From: Trypanosoma brucei
Lineage: Eukaryota
DNA: 64,000 nucleotides
Direction of reading: 5' to 3'
Assembly (NCBI GenBank): GCA_000002445.1
Contig: CH464491.1
Coordinates: 3,424,001 to 3,488,000, forward strand
Shown: piece after piece, positions 1 to 11,635 of the stretch
Layout of the letters: every line of letters begins with the position of its first letter
How positions within the stretch are numbered: the first letter of the stretch is position 1
Made by a program: the position numbers and the translations under genes
Notes under the pieces: model-generated
What the model saw: the letters and a program-made list of their open reading frames with translations, nothing else
What the model was told of the DNA's origin: nothing
Databases searched by the model: none

Positions 1-659
1 ACCAACACACCTACGGCAGTCTGTCGGACCTAAACCTGGGTTGTGGTTACTTCTTTCCTGTTTGGGGAGAACAATCAGAATAAAGACGGAAGCGTTAAAG
101 CCATGCAAGCAAATGTTTGCAGAGAAAATGAAGTCTGTGTACCCAATGAGCTTCAGCGTTTACGTAGAACCTGCGAAGCACCGAGACATGAAACCGTTTA
201 ACACAAACAGGTCCCTTTCACTGATGACAGCCGGAAAGGTCATATACATAACAAAAATGTAAATAAAGGATGAAATGGTTCCGAAGGAGTGAGGTTACAG
301 ATCCGGGTAACGCGGTAACATCAGAATGTTAAAAAGGTCAAAGGGATTCAAAAATTCTCAGAGCAATCTCAGTACTCCTCGACAGTACGAAACTGATATG
401 ATGCCATGTATCAAATCCTTCTGAGAATCTTAAGTGCCCCATATCATGTACACCTTATGCCACTTTTGCTTTTATTTCACGCACCTCCTCAACAGTTTCC
501 TCCCCCTTTATCGGGAAGCACCAACACCCTTATCTATTTTCTATCACAAAAAGAGTTTTATACCAGTATTTTATCTCTTCCCAAACGAATACACAAACTT
601 AACATGACGGAAAGGTAGAGAAGGAAGCCAGGCTCACCTCAACCATCTGCAAACACGAA

Positions 660-1109
660 CTATTTGCTCATCATCATTTTCACGAACTCCTCGTAGTTGA
701 TTTGGCCGTCGCCATCAACGTCAGCCTCGCGGATCATCTCGTCCACCTCCTCATCTGTTAGTTTTTCACCGAGGTTCGTCATGATGTGACGGAGTTCAGC
801 AGCGGAAATGAAACCATTGCCATCCTTATCAAAGACACGAAACGCTTCCTTGATTTCTTCCTCGGAATCAGAATCCTGCATCTTGCGCGCCATAAGCGTC
901 AAGAACTCTGGAAAGTCAATAGTTCCGCTTCCATCCTGATCAACTTCGTTGATCATGTCCTGGAGTTCCGCCTCGGTGGGGTTCTGGCCCAGTGACCGCA
1001 TCACAGTGCCGAGTTCTTTCGTCGTAATGGTACCATCACCATCCTTGTCAAATAGCGAGAACGCCTCCTTGAATTCGGAGATCTGCTCGTTGGAGAGTTG
1101 ATCGGCCAT
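660..1109 (-). CDS. CaM: Calmodulin (149 aa, 4 EF-hands), copy 1
   Basis: Translation [57 protein letters not shown]...; four DxDGDG/DxDGNG EF-hand loops; ATG start verified; kinetoplastid-type calmodulin. Confidence 0.95.
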   Translation of the reverse strand: MADQLSNEQISEFKEAFSLFDKDGDGTITTKELGTVMRSLGQNPTEAELQDMINEVDQDGSGTIDFPEFLTLMARKMQDSDSEEEIKEAFRVFDKDGNGFISAAELRHIMTNLGEKLTDEEVDEMIREADVDGDGQINYEEFVKMMMSK

Positions 1110-1498
1110 CGTAAATCAAGTGGATGTTACTTATCAATGTTGCTTTCTTCCTTAGTTGTAACAAAAATAGCTCACTTGGAAAGCAATACGAAGAGAGAGA
1201 TCTCCATCCATCAGACGCTAATGGCCAAGACAGTGGAAAATGGTGCATAGCAAATCCCACTGACAACACAGTGTACTGCAAACTTGCTGTAGATACCTGA
1301 TTTTCTCTTAGACATAAGGCTCCCACATCTTGTTTCCACCCTCTCATCTAATCCAATGCTTCCTTTCCTCACCTCGGTACACAACAAACCATCAAACAAG
1401 AAGCAGAGCAAGACACGAAGGTGCAGGCCACACACACATCTCGAAAAATACATAAACGAAGGGAAGCTTATCTACATGTATATTTTAGGAGGCACGGA

Positions 1499-1948
1499 CT
1501 ATTTGCTCATCATCATTTTCACGAACTCCTCGTAGTTGATTTGGCCGTCGCCATCAACGTCAGCCTCGCGGATCATCTCGTCCACCTCCTCATCTGTTAG
1601 TTTTTCACCGAGGTTCGTCATGATGTGACGGAGTTCAGCAGCGGAAATGAAACCATTGCCATCCTTATCAAAGACACGAAACGCTTCCTTGATTTCTTCC
1701 TCGGAATCAGAATCCTGCATCTTGCGCGCCATAAGCGTCAAGAACTCTGGAAAGTCAATAGTTCCGCTTCCATCCTGATCAACTTCGTTGATCATGTCCT
1801 GGAGTTCCGCCTCGGTGGGGTTCTGGCCCAGTGACCGCATCACAGTGCCGAGTTCTTTCGTCGTAATGGTACCATCACCATCCTTGTCAAATAGCGAGAA
1901 CGCCTCCTTGAATTCGGAGATCTGCTCGTTGGAGAGTTGATCGGCCAT
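1499..1948 (-). CDS. CaM: Calmodulin copy 2
   Basis: Identical protein, 839 bp from copy 1. Confidence 0.95.
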   Translation of the reverse strand: MADQLSNEQISEFKEAFSLFDKDGDGTITTKELGTVMRSLGQNPTEAELQDMINEVDQDGSGTIDFPEFLTLMARKMQDSDSEEEIKEAFRVFDKDGNGFISAAELRHIMTNLGEKLTDEEVDEMIREADVDGDGQINYEEFVKMMMSK

Positions 1949-2337
1949 CGTAAATCAAGTGGATGTTACTTATCAATGTTGCTTTCTTCCTTAGTTGTAA
2001 CAAAAATAGCTCACTTGGAAAGCAATACGAAGAGAGAGATCTCCATCCATCAGACGCTAATGGCCAAGACAGTGGAAAATGGTGCATAGCAAATCCCACT
2101 GACAACACAGTGTACTGCAAACTTGCTGTAGATACCTGATTTTCTCTTAGACATAAGGCTCCCACATCTTGTTTCCACCCTCTCATCTAATCCAATGCTT
2201 CCTTTCCTCACCTCGGTACACAACAAACCATCAAACAAGAAGCAGAGCAAGACACGAAGGTGCAGGCCACACACACATCTCGAAAAATACATAAACGAAG
2301 GGAAGCTTATCTACATGTATATTTTAGGAGGCACAGA

Positions 2338-2787
2338 CTATTTGCTCATCATCATTTTCACGAACTCCTCGTAGTTGATTTGGCCGTCGCCATCAACGTC
2401 AGCCTCGCGGATCATCTCGTCCACCTCCTCATCTGTTAGTTTTTCACCGAGGTTCGTCATGATGTGACGGAGTTCAGCAGCGGAAATGAAACCATTGCCA
2501 TCCTTATCAAAGACACGAAACGCTTCCTTGATTTCTTCCTCGGAATCAGAATCCTGCATCTTGCGCGCCATAAGCGTCAAGAACTCTGGAAAGTCAATAG
2601 TTCCGCTTCCATCCTGATCAACTTCGTTGATCATGTCCTGGAGTTCCGCCTCGGTGGGGTTCTGGCCCAGTGACCGCATCACAGTGCCGAGTTCTTTCGT
2701 CGTAATGGTACCATCACCATCCTTGTCAAATAGCGAGAACGCCTCCTTGAATTCGGAGATCTGCTCGTTGGAGAGTTGATCGGCCAT
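2338..2787 (-). CDS. CaM: Calmodulin copy 3
   Basis: Identical protein, 839-bp period. Confidence 0.95.
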   Translation of the reverse strand: MADQLSNEQISEFKEAFSLFDKDGDGTITTKELGTVMRSLGQNPTEAELQDMINEVDQDGSGTIDFPEFLTLMARKMQDSDSEEEIKEAFRVFDKDGNGFISAAELRHIMTNLGEKLTDEEVDEMIREADVDGDGQINYEEFVKMMMSK

Positions 2788-3176
2788 CGTAAATCAAGTG
2801 GATGTTACTTATCAATGTTGCTTTCTTCCTTAGTTGTAACAAAAATAGCTCACTTGGAAAGCAATACGAAGAGAGAGATCTCCATCCATCAGACGCTAAT
2901 GGCCAAGACAGTGGAAAATGGTGCATAGCAAATCCCACTGACAACACAGTGTACTGCAAACTTGCTGTAGATACCTGATTTTCTCTTAGACATAAGGCTT
3001 CCATATCTTGTTTCCACCCTCTCATCTAATCCAATGCTTCCTTTCCTCACCTCGGTACACAACAAACCATCAAACAAGAAGCAGAGCAAGACACGAAGGT
3101 GCAGGCCACACACACATCTCGAAAAATACATAAACGAAGGGAAGCTTATCTACATGTATATTTTAGGAGGCACGGA

Positions 3177-3626
3177 CTATTTGCTCATCATCATTTTCAC
3201 GAACTCCTCGTAGTTGATTTGGCCGTCGCCATCAACGTCAGCCTCGCGGATCATCTCGTCCACCTCCTCATCTGTTAGTTTTTCACCGAGGTTCGTCATG
3301 ATGTGACGGAGTTCAGCAGCGGAGATGAAACCATTGCCATCCTTATCAAAGACACGAAACGCTTCCTTGATTTCTTCCTCGGAATCAGAATCCTGCATCT
3401 TGCGCGCCATAAGCGTCAAGAACTCTGGAAAGTCAATAGTTCCGCTTCCATCCTGATCAACTTCGTTGATCATGTCCTGGAGTTCCGCCTCGGTGGGGTT
3501 CTGGCCCAGTGACCGCATCACAGTGCCGAGTTCTTTCGTCGTAATGGTACCATCACCATCCTTGTCAAATAGCGAGAACGCCTCCTTGAATTCGGAGATC
3601 TGCTCGTTGGAGAGTTGATCGGCCAT
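3177..3626 (-). CDS. CaM: Calmodulin copy 4
   Basis: Identical protein. One synonymous difference from the other copies near 3324 (ATC versus ATT, both Ile). The upstream flank at 3627-3660 differs from the internal spacers. Confidence 0.95.
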   Translation of the reverse strand: MADQLSNEQISEFKEAFSLFDKDGDGTITTKELGTVMRSLGQNPTEAELQDMINEVDQDGSGTIDFPEFLTLMARKMQDSDSEEEIKEAFRVFDKDGNGFISAAELRHIMTNLGEKLTDEEVDEMIREADVDGDGQINYEEFVKMMMSK

Positions 3627-3978
3627 CGTAAATCAAGTGGATGTTACTTATCAATGTTATTTACCTTCCTTTTTCCTTCACACATGGGAAAAATAAACAG
3701 TGGGAAGTGTGGTATAGAGTCCCACATGCCCTCACAAAGTAGTATAATTCATTCGCATTGCGCTGGGATTGCGTTAAAGGGGTATTGACAATCGTTCATC
3801 CGCGAAAAGTTACGCTTAGTACGAAACGCTGCGGGGCCCGCTAGAAAAACGGGGTTTGCTGCCCCAAGGCGGATGGCGTTTGACAGAGCAGTGCGTACGG
3901 AGTAGAATGCACAGGGACGCGGAGCTTATCGAACGTAAAGGACGCTTGAACACGTATATGCCAACCAGTACGCACGGG

Positions 3979-6900
3979 CTATTTGCGAAGGCCAGTGCTG
4001 ATCCGCTTCAAATTACCTCGGAGTTGCCCTATGACATCATTCATTTCCAGTGACCGTAGGGCGTGTACCTCTGAGGCGTTATCGACATTCAGAGCCATCG
4101 CAGTGAAGTGTTCAATCAAACTAAGAGCCACCTGGCCCTTCTTAGCATTCCCACATGAGAGCTCAGCCCGGTACTTGTACGAGATGACGGAACCCATCGG
4201 CGCACAAACGGCAACCGCATACTCCACACAGTCTCCAGGCTGGGGCTTCGCCGTAAAATGAATCCATTCACGATTAAACTCCGCATCGTTCGCTGCACGC
4301 GTGGCTTCCAAACTCGCAGCCGTTGAATCAATAGCACGAGACCGTGGCTGGGGTTCGCCGGTGCTCGGCTCATTATCTTCACGCGGTGTACGCTCATTGT
4401 CAGCTGGACCGTCACTTCCGCATGAAGGAGACGCGGCAAGCAAATGTCCGGCATCTCCACCTTTAGCAGGAGCCCGCCCCCGCACCTCCCCCACACACTC
4501 CTCGCCCCAAGCTTCACCGCCACAGCGTTCTCCTGCCTCACCAGCAGCGGAAGAGCTCCCTGCTGGTGATGTTCTTACAATTTCATTAGTCTGCTTGGCC
4601 CTCTCACTTGCGAGCAGCTCCAACTGCACCTTTGAAAGTTGGTTACCGTTTAGGAGTGCACCGGTTAAACGATCCTCATCATCCTGATCCTTGTACTTCT
4701 GCTGGATCTTTTTTAACTTCTTCCGCTGGTGCTTCGTCAGCTGCTGCGCCTTTGTTTGAACAGCGGCGGCCCCCTTCACACCACAAACTCCCGTTCCGCG
4801 AGCAGGAGCTGCAGCCACTGAAGGGCTTGCAGCATTTTCAGCGAGCGGCTGCGAGCCCTTCGTCACAACGCTACATGCCGTGCTGTGCTGCTGCTGATGT
4901 GTGTTTTGCCGATGCCGTCGATTTGCCTGAAGTTGAGGAAGTGGCCGCAGAGCCGTAGCGGCGTCGCGTTCAAGGAAGCAGTTATCATCACGCCCTAAGG
5001 CCATGTTCTTGTCACCCTCGCTTGAATGGTGGCTGACACCATGTGGTTGACGAGGGCCATCTGGGACGTAATTCGGCAGCTCTTCACGCTCGCGGGGATC
5101 AATAGCGCGCGAAGAAATGCGGAAGAGCAGCCCGCACCCTAACATCAAGGGCCGAGGCCTCAAATAATTCTTCTCTCCGCTGAGCAAGTAACACCCCGCG
5201 GCGGTACCTCCAACAATTTGTGAAGCATGCACCCACCACGCGCCGACACTGAACTTACTCTCCCACGCTGAGCTTCGGCAAACGCACCATGCAGCAGCCT
5301 CATCGAGGCTTATCATATGGATCAGCCACCCTTTGGTGGACTCACCTACCTGAATGCTGTTTTCCTCAGATTCACCTTCCCCGAAAGCGGTGGAGGCATC
5401 CCACGCTGAACCCGCGGCTCTCAGGATGCACGGCAACCCTCCCTCCACATCGCTATGCACAAAGACGTCACCAAGGCGCATGATACGACGTACCAACAAC
5501 TCAGTCGACTGTGTATCGTGCCCTTGTAGCACCAAATCCCCACACGATGTACGGAACCAATTAAATTTTTCCCACCAACAACGGTGTCGCTCTGTTGCGA
5601 TAGCTTTCTTCGTCTGTTTCTTCGCAGCCAATCTCTCGCCCTTTTTTTCTGCTCCTGCCGCCGCTTTGGCGGTAGCGGCAATAGTTTTTTCGAGCTTGGC
5701 GCGATTAGCTTTTTTCTGCGTAAAGTAGGAGGCGGCATTTGCATAGGCGGTTTTGCTCAAATCAACCTCAATCACAGATGGGGTCCGACTGCAGCCCTCT
5801 ACCCTGTCCTTTTTTTCACCGCTGTTTCCACCATACCGGTGATTCTCGCCCTTTCCCCCCACTTTCACTTTACTTTCTTCGTCCTCATAACATTCGACAT
5901 CCTCATCATTTTCTTCCACAAGCACAGATATGCTGTTGCGGTCAAGGAAGAGTTCGTGCACCATGTAGGCCACTGGATGGCCCTCGGCGTGTCGCTGCTT
6001 CAGTAAACGCCGCAGCGCCTCCCACTGAATTCCAGCAGCTAGTGCGCCATTAATTAGACCAATTGCCTCGTCAATCTTTTCAGCGTTCTGGATGATGAGT
6101 TCGCCCTTACGGGTGTTCTCCTCCTCGGAGCGCTCGAGGGCGGCGATGCGACGGTTGTGGTCGCGCTCGAATTTCTCCTTCTTGGAAAGTACGCAGGTTG
6201 TCGCTCTGTCATTATGCTGTTCAATCTTCTCCTTCTCGGTGTATAGGAAGAAAGCATCACATACACTGCCAAAGCTTGGGAGGTAGGACGCCGAAACGGC
6301 ATCCCCACGATACTGCGCGAGCAAAACAGGACTGAAGTCCTCGTACTGCACTCCCTGAAGGTGCGGCCGAGGCTGCTTCTCCACCCCACTACCCGCCTCT
6401 CCGCCGTCAGCCGTTGTACCGACACCCGCATCTACATGCGGTGGCGCCTTCCCCCGCTCTTGAGTCCCTCGACCCTTGGTGGCCGCGGTTTTGCTGATCA
6501 GGTAGCCACCTGTGGGCAAAGGAGAGAAGGCGAAGCGCCAGGCTTCTAACATTCCAGGAAGCAGCTTTTCGAACATTTCGTCCCCGCTGCACGTCATGTT
6601 AGCTTTCTTCACGCTCTTCACGCCAGTAACTGTCAAAATATGATCGGCGAGTGACGGACCAAAGTGATGTGTGGCAGAGAGTGTTGATCGCGTTGTCTCG
6701 TATTCCGCATGCCGAGTAAACACTGCGCCCCATTCTCGTCGCAGTGCTTCAACACGTTGCGCCCCTTCAGTGAGCTGCTGGCACTCTTCCTCCTGTTGCT
6801 GTTCAAATGACTTTGTCACAGGGTATAATTCACGCACAAACATGTTGACCCCGTCGTCCTTATGTGCACGAAGTAAGAGCATTATGCGGTACTCGTGGTC

Positions 6901-7281
6901 TGTTAGTACAATGTTACCCTTTGAAAAGAGCTCCACAATTATGTGATACGACGCACCCTCCGCTACACCGAAGCGAAAGTCCACCGTTCTGTCGTGTTGA
7001 AGTTGCGTCACAGAATCAAGCCGCCATGCACGTACATGCTTTCGCAACCTTAGTGTGAACTGCGTGGGCACTTTTGGCTTCTCGCGCACCAACTGAGTTA
7101 AGTGCAGCCGCACACCGTTCTCCAGAAGTAAAGTCCTTTTCTTCTCGCTATTTCCAAATTTAAACAGAAAGGTCCTTGGGGGAATGTCATATACGTTCGT
7201 CAACCGGAGACCCTGAAGCTCAGTCCGCATTTCCTCCACAGAAGCGCGAACATCAAGCGCCGTCATGCGCTGTTTCACCAT
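3979..7281 (-). CDS. NEMF/Rqc2/Tae2-family (NFACT) ribosome quality-control protein homolog, about 1100 aa
   Basis: The N-terminus VKQRMTALDVRASVEEMRTELQGLRLTNVYDIPPRTFLFKFGNSEKKRTLLLENGVRLHLTQ...LRLRKHVRAWRLDSV... aligns with the NFACT-N domain of human NEMF (MKSRFSTIDL...[21 protein letters not shown]...LLLESGIRIHTTEF...). A long acidic/KE-rich middle region and a C-terminal NFACT-C-like region follow. The track ORF extends to 7299, but that first codon is TTG; the first ATG, beginning MVKQ, is at 7279-7281. Confidence 0.8.
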   Translation of the reverse strand: MVKQRMTALDVRASVEEMRTELQGLRLTNVYDIPPRTFLFKFGNSEKKRTLLLENGVRLHLTQLVREKPKVPTQFTLRLRKHVRAWRLDSVTQLQHDRTVDFRFGVAEGASYHIIVELFSKGNIVLTDHEYRIMLLLRAHKDDGVNMFVRELYPVTKSFEQQQEEECQQLTEGAQRVEALRREWGAVFTRHAEYETTRSTLSATHHFGPSLADHILTVTGVKSVKKANMTCSGDEMFEKLLPGMLEAWRFAFSPLPTGGYLISKTAATKGRGTQERGKAPPHVDAGVGTTADGGEAGSGVEKQPRPHLQGVQYEDFSPVLLAQYRGDAVSASYLPSFGSVCDAFFLYTEKEKIEQHNDRATTCVLSKKEKFERDHNRRIAALERSEEENTRKGELIIQNAEKIDEAIGLINGALAAGIQWEALRRLLKQRHAEGHPVAYMVHELFLDRNSISVLVEENDEDVECYEDEESKVKVGGKGENHRYGGNSGEKKDRVEGCSRTPSVIEVDLSKTAYANAASYFTQKKANRAKLEKTIAATAKAAAGAEKKGERLAAKKQTKKAIATERHRCWWEKFNWFRTSCGDLVLQGHDTQSTELLVRRIMRLGDVFVHSDVEGGLPCILRAAGSAWDASTAFGEGESEENSIQVGESTKGWLIHMISLDEAAAWCVCRSSAWESKFSVGAWWVHASQIVGGTAAGCYLLSGEKNYLRPRPLMLGCGLLFRISSRAIDPREREELPNYVPDGPRQPHGVSHHSSEGDKNMALGRDDNCFLERDAATALRPLPQLQANRRHRQNTHQQQHSTACSVVTKGSQPLAENAASPSVAAAPARGTGVCGVKGAAAVQTKAQQLTKHQRKKLKKIQQKYKDQDDEDRLTGALLNGNQLSKVQLELLASERAKQTNEIVRTSPAGSSSAAGEAGERCGGEAWGEECVGEVRGRAPAKGGDAGHLLAASPSCGSDGPADNERTPREDNEPSTGEPQPRSRAIDSTAASLEATRAANDAEFNREWIHFTAKPQPGDCVEYAVAVCAPMGSVISYKYRAELSCGNAKKGQVALSLIEHFTAMALNVDNASEVHALRSLEMNDVIGQLRGNLKRISTGLRK

Positions 7282-7769
7282 GTCCGCTTGTGAGGCCAAA
7301 GGTCACTTCCCCCGCCAGCCGTCTTGCCCCGAGATCCTCCTCCCTTCAATCAGATGAGGGCGTGAGCCACAACCCCCAGAGTGTTTGTTCTTCCTACTGT
7401 GATAACGAGAAAGGTGGTGCGAGGACGAGGAAGAAGTAAACCCTAGTACTTATAATTAGATACAAGAACGGCTATTACGATGCTAACGAAATAGTGCATT
7501 TCCAATACTCTTTTCACAACGCGTGCCTCGCGGTAACCTCCCCTCAATTACGAGATGCTTTCCTCTCTGACTACGCCTATAGAAACTTCCACTTGAGTGC
7601 AAACACGATTACAACGGGTGGTGACCTGGCACCTCCTCCACCACCCTCTGCCAGATCGGTTTCTTCACGTAGCAACATGGCAAACTATAAATTCATCCAA
7701 TGGGATCCTTTGTGCGCCCCCCCCCCTCACAGCAGATGCTGCCTGAACCCGGATATCACAAGAGCCATC

Positions 7770-9407
7770 TCATACCCCCTCGACCGGCCAAACCTCTCCT
7801 AACCGCTTCATCAAGCCGTCCACGTCTTCTGCGGTCATACCAACACCACAGGCCAACACAAGCAACGGGCAAGAGGGTGTCTCATCCGTATGCATACCGT
7901 AATTTCTGAACGAATGACCACAGAGCCGAGTCACGTTGTCACTAGGAAGTACAACTCGCGGCCCTGTCACCCCTTTCCGAAACAAACGTGCACCAACTGC
8001 AGCAGCAGTTGAAGGGCTCCCAACAGTGCGCATAGTTATGGCAAAGCTGATGTCGTTACGTTGTGGCCTCTCCACCCCATCGCACCCAGCTTCGCCACTT
8101 GGGGGCACTGCCGCGACAAAATCACCACTAGCACCGTCAACATCACATTGCGCATCGAACTCATCCAAAAGCAATTCTCCCCGTGCCCCCGCAAACCCTT
8201 TCAGTTGGTTCTGGAGAGACCTCCTCAGTAGGTACCGCGTGTCCCATAACTTTTTGAACCCGCTTCGGCCTAGACTCAGCGCAGTGATGAAAAGGTCAAT
8301 CACTGGAGACGCGCTTGCTCGGCCCGCGTATAAAGAAGTGGCACGTGCCACGGCGGTCTTGCCACCACTTAGTACAGCCCCACCTACAGGGACGAGAAAA
8401 TTTTTGTCCCCAGATTGCACGATGAGATCCACACGACCCAGTCGAATGGCGGCATCTAACTTATGCATGATGGTGCGGCTTTGCACACCATAAGCGTTGT
8501 TCACAACATATGGAATATCAAGTGCTTTGCATAGCTTTGCGATGGCAACAACATCATCGGGCAGCCGCGGCGCAAAGCAGCTCGTCGTGGACAAGACGCA
8601 CAGCACGTGCTTAGGGCCCCCAACGCGTTCAATTGCAGCAGCGACATCGTCTACATGGGCCTCCAAAAAGTAAGAATGAAGTAGGGTCTCTGCTGTCCCC
8701 AGTCCCTCCTTGCTTTGCATCCGTCGCAGCACAGGGGCACGCCGCAGTGGCACGACCATGGGCACAAAGCCAGATAGCTCGATGCACTTTAGGGCTGTCT
8801 TCTGGTCAATGCGAGTCCAAATGACATAGCGAGGAACAGCCGAATCATCACCTCTGGTACGAAGGCCAGCATGCAACTTTTCCTGTTCCTCTTCAGTGTG
8901 ACCCTTGCTGTCGAATCGCAGCTCCTCTACCCGATGATGAAAGATACTGCGAAGCGCCAACGCAATGGTCATACCGGTTGCCATGGGAATCACAGCAGCG
9001 CTTGCAAGTGACGGGGTCCCCGCCTGTCGCAGCAAGTCGAGCATCATGTGATTCACCAACTTGTACATCACACTTGACCCGGCTGCCTTCGGTTGATCGC
9101 TGCAGATGTCACCGGAACGCCCGATGCCGTGGGTGAGGCTGTAGTGGCGCCTCGCAACCAATACCGAAGCAACGCGTCCCTCTCGCTCTCCAGCACCAAC
9201 ATGTATACTAAAGTTGTTCGTATCCATCACGGCAAGTTGCTGCATTATCAATTCAATTGCACAGTCGTGCAGGCCTTCTTCCGGGCAGCGGCGCTGGGCA
9301 ATAATTGCACGCACCGTGCGTTCAACCGAGTGCAGTGACTCTACGCCGGTTTGTACATACCGCGGCGTAACGAAAGACTCCGCCAACTCAAATGACCGCT
9401 CATCCAT
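7770..9407 (-). CDS. SepSecS: O-phosphoseryl-tRNA(Sec) selenium transferase (SepSecS, SLA/LP family), 545 aa
   Basis: Motifs shared with human SEPSECS: RRCPEEG, EREGRVAS.LVARRHY.L.HGIGRSGD, QPKAAGSS, VIPMATGM, YVIWTRIDQK, STTSCFAPR, YVVNNAYGVQS, QSGDKNFLVPVGGA, YAGRASASP. ATG start verified. Confidence 0.9.
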   Translation of the reverse strand: MDERSFELAESFVTPRYVQTGVESLHSVERTVRAIIAQRRCPEEGLHDCAIELIMQQLAVMDTNNFSIHVGAGEREGRVASVLVARRHYSLTHGIGRSGDICSDQPKAAGSSVMYKLVNHMMLDLLRQAGTPSLASAAVIPMATGMTIALALRSIFHHRVEELRFDSKGHTEEEQEKLHAGLRTRGDDSAVPRYVIWTRIDQKTALKCIELSGFVPMVVPLRRAPVLRRMQSKEGLGTAETLLHSYFLEAHVDDVAAAIERVGGPKHVLCVLSTTSCFAPRLPDDVVAIAKLCKALDIPYVVNNAYGVQSRTIMHKLDAAIRLGRVDLIVQSGDKNFLVPVGGAVLSGGKTAVARATSLYAGRASASPVIDLFITALSLGRSGFKKLWDTRYLLRRSLQNQLKGFAGARGELLLDEFDAQCDVDGASGDFVAAVPPSGEAGCDGVERPQRNDISFAITMRTVGSPSTAAAVGARLFRKGVTGPRVVLPSDNVTRLCGHSFRNYGMHTDETPSCPLLVLACGVGMTAEDVDGLMKRLGEVWPVEGV

Positions 9408-10054
9408 GAGGCAGACACCAAAGCGCGGCTACGTCACTTTGAAGATCGTGTACTGTGAAAGAGATAAAGAGGAGAAAAGAATGGCACCTTTTGTTCTACC
9501 TTTTCCTCCCCCACTCTGTCACACATGGGTATGAACGGAGGCCCAAACGGGGCACCTTTCCACATCCAATGGCTTTGGTTAATCTCTAAACACTTACCTC
9601 GCCCTTCAACACCACCCCAACAATATCCACGTTATTAATGCAACGGGGAAGTGACAACGCAGCGACGAGGACAGCGAACAAAAACACAGGTGTGCCCCCC
9701 CCAAACAAAAAAAAGGTAAACAACATTTTACGTGTTTGAAACACGCCGGGCACGTGAAGCCGCATGCACCACTGACCTCCTGAATCCTTTTGGGCAGCTT
9801 TCCCTCTGCCCTTCACCGCCCCTCATCTATGGGGACGACGAACAGCCTCAAATGCGCAACAGACGCAGCCGCCCTCTTCCCCTAACTTGCCTCCAGAGAC
9901 ATTAGAAACTCCCATCCTTTATCGAATCGGCGCCCCGGCCGAGCCACTTTGTTCTTTAGGGGGGGGGAGCCCAAGAAAGGAGAAACCCACATGCCACGTT
10001 TATAAACGGGGGCACCTCCTTGCTTTCCCGCGACTGTCTCCCGTAGCGCAGCAC

Positions 10055-11635
10055 TCAGAACAGTAGGGCGGCTAGTGACGCACCGAACCCAATAACACCA
10101 ACGTTTCTTCCGTCAATTCGCGTGCCCGTGCATGCCACACCACAAACAACAGAGCCGCAGGTGTGTACCTGCCGCAGCGCAACGTACGCCCCACCACCAC
10201 CACCGCTACTGCCGTCGACGACTGCGGTTGTTGCATCTGCCATGGTGCAAACATAGAGCTCATTGCCACACGCGAAAAGCACTCTCCCACCTTCCAGCAC
10301 TGTTATACATGCCAGCCCACGCCGGTCCCGAGGCAGAGCGCCAGAACATGGCACATCGAACCCCCACGCAGCCAACTGACGCTGGTCCAACGTGCCTCGT
10401 GCCAACACGGCGGCGCCTGTAATAGCCCACCACCCGGTGGTCCCACGCAGTTGATGTCCATAGCACTCTGCAAGCTGCGTCCCGGCACCAACTACAATGA
10501 TCCGCATCGTTTGCGACATATCATCGAAGAACAATGCAGCGTTATTCACAACTTTGTAGGTTGCCGCACTTACGCCGACTGCCGCCGTACACACGTTGTG
10601 TACCACCGAAGAGAGGCTGTACGCATACAAAACGTGTGGCAGGGCTAGCGAACCATGAGAGCCATCAATTGGTCCTTCACTGTTGTGTTGAAGCATGCCA
10701 AGACCCACAGTGCTGTGCCGGAGCTGCCGCTGCCGGTGGTGCTCGGTTAAGAGTTGAAGGGATCCCCCAACAACACGACGTGCAACGTAGCGTAACTCCC
10801 CGTTGTCAAACACAATTAACAAAGCTATATCCACGGCAAAGGAAGCACGATACCGCTGGGGCACTAGCAAACGCACTACCTCAGAAGCAGTGAACGATGC
10901 GTAGAACGTTTCGTTCACTGGCTTTTCAGTGGGACACGGAGTCCGCTGCCATGAACCTACCGTCTCACGCAGCACGGCTTCTGTTGCATTCGCTCTCAGT
11001 GACTCATTAAAACATTGTGTGTCAATTACAACCACAACTGTAGCAGTGGCAACAGCGACGAACTCAGGCCGACCAGCGGGGTCCAGTCCAACGCACACAT
11101 CCAACACAATGTCGTCGGCAGAGATCAAACCATCCGTGTACTCACAAAGTGAAGCCTCACAAACCTTGCATAGCGCAAGTGCATTGCCACCTGTCCTGCT
11201 CTCAACAACAAAGAGGCATAGCGAGCCCGCACTGGTGCCAACAGCGCACATGGCGGCCGTACCACCGGGAAGTAGTGCAGTGCCTATACACGAGACTAAA
11301 CCGCTAGAAATGGTCAACGTCACTTTCTCACCCGGGACGGTACTGTGTACCGCGACTCCACCCAGGAGTGGGTCGTTGCAAGCCTCACACTCCCCCTCTT
11401 TTGAACACGACTGCAATAAAGACGACAGGGGCTCAACCGAAATAACACTACCTCCCCCTGCTATAACAACAGACCCACTGGGCAACTCAACTGTGGTTAT
11501 GGCAGCCGCTGGATGTGGCAGGGGGCGCGAGCTGGCTTTTCCCAGTGCCGCTGCAGAGAGGTGTGGAAGCTGTGGAACCCCTCCTTTCGCCTCGGACGCA
11601 GCATCCGCTGCAGCAGTGTAGCAAAAACCTTCCAT
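10055..11635 (-). CDS. Hypothetical protein, 526 aa (Ala/Gly/Val-rich, possibly a beta-propeller-like fold)
   Basis: Long minus-strand ORF with verified ATG start, in the same orientation as its neighbours. No recognisable catalytic motif. Confidence 0.55.
   Translation of the reverse strand: MEGFCYTAAADAASEAKGGVPQLPHLSAAALGKASSRPLPHPAAAITTVELPSGSVVIAGGGSVISVEPLSSLLQSCSKEGECEACNDPLLGGVAVHSTVPGEKVTLTISSGLVSCIGTALLPGGTAAMCAVGTSAGSLCLFVVESRTGGNALALCKVCEASLCEYTDGLISADDIVLDVCVGLDPAGRPEFVAVATATVVVVIDTQCFNESLRANATEAVLRETVGSWQRTPCPTEKPVNETFYASFTASEVVRLLVPQRYRASFAVDIALLIVFDNGELRYVARRVVGGSLQLLTEHHRQRQLRHSTVGLGMLQHNSEGPIDGSHGSLALPHVLYAYSLSSVVHNVCTAAVGVSAATYKVVNNAALFFDDMSQTMRIIVVGAGTQLAECYGHQLRGTTGWWAITGAAVLARGTLDQRQLAAWGFDVPCSGALPRDRRGLACITVLEGGRVLFACGNELYVCTMADATTAVVDGSSGGGGGAYVALRQVHTCGSVVCGVACTGTRIDGRNVGVIGFGASLAALLF

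Larger units (their letters stand above)
655..3658 (-). repeat. Tandem array of 839-bp calmodulin repeat units, about 3.6 units, carrying 4 complete genes
   Basis: Identical 450-bp ORFs at 660, 1499, 2338 and 3177, spaced exactly 839 bp apart. The 389-bp spacers are also identical except for a few substitutions near 2750-3010. Confidence 0.95.

Noticed and set aside
786-995. 69-aa plus-strand ORFs (and 80- and 99-aa minus-strand ORFs) repeated in every calmodulin unit
   Set aside because: They are antisense to, or overlap, the calmodulin CDS or its spacer. They repeat only because the DNA repeats. No coding features.
4116-6431. Multiple 100-190-aa ORFs on both strands inside the NEMF, SepSecS and 526-aa genes
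   Set aside because: Shadow ORFs in alternative frames of long, GC-biased coding regions.
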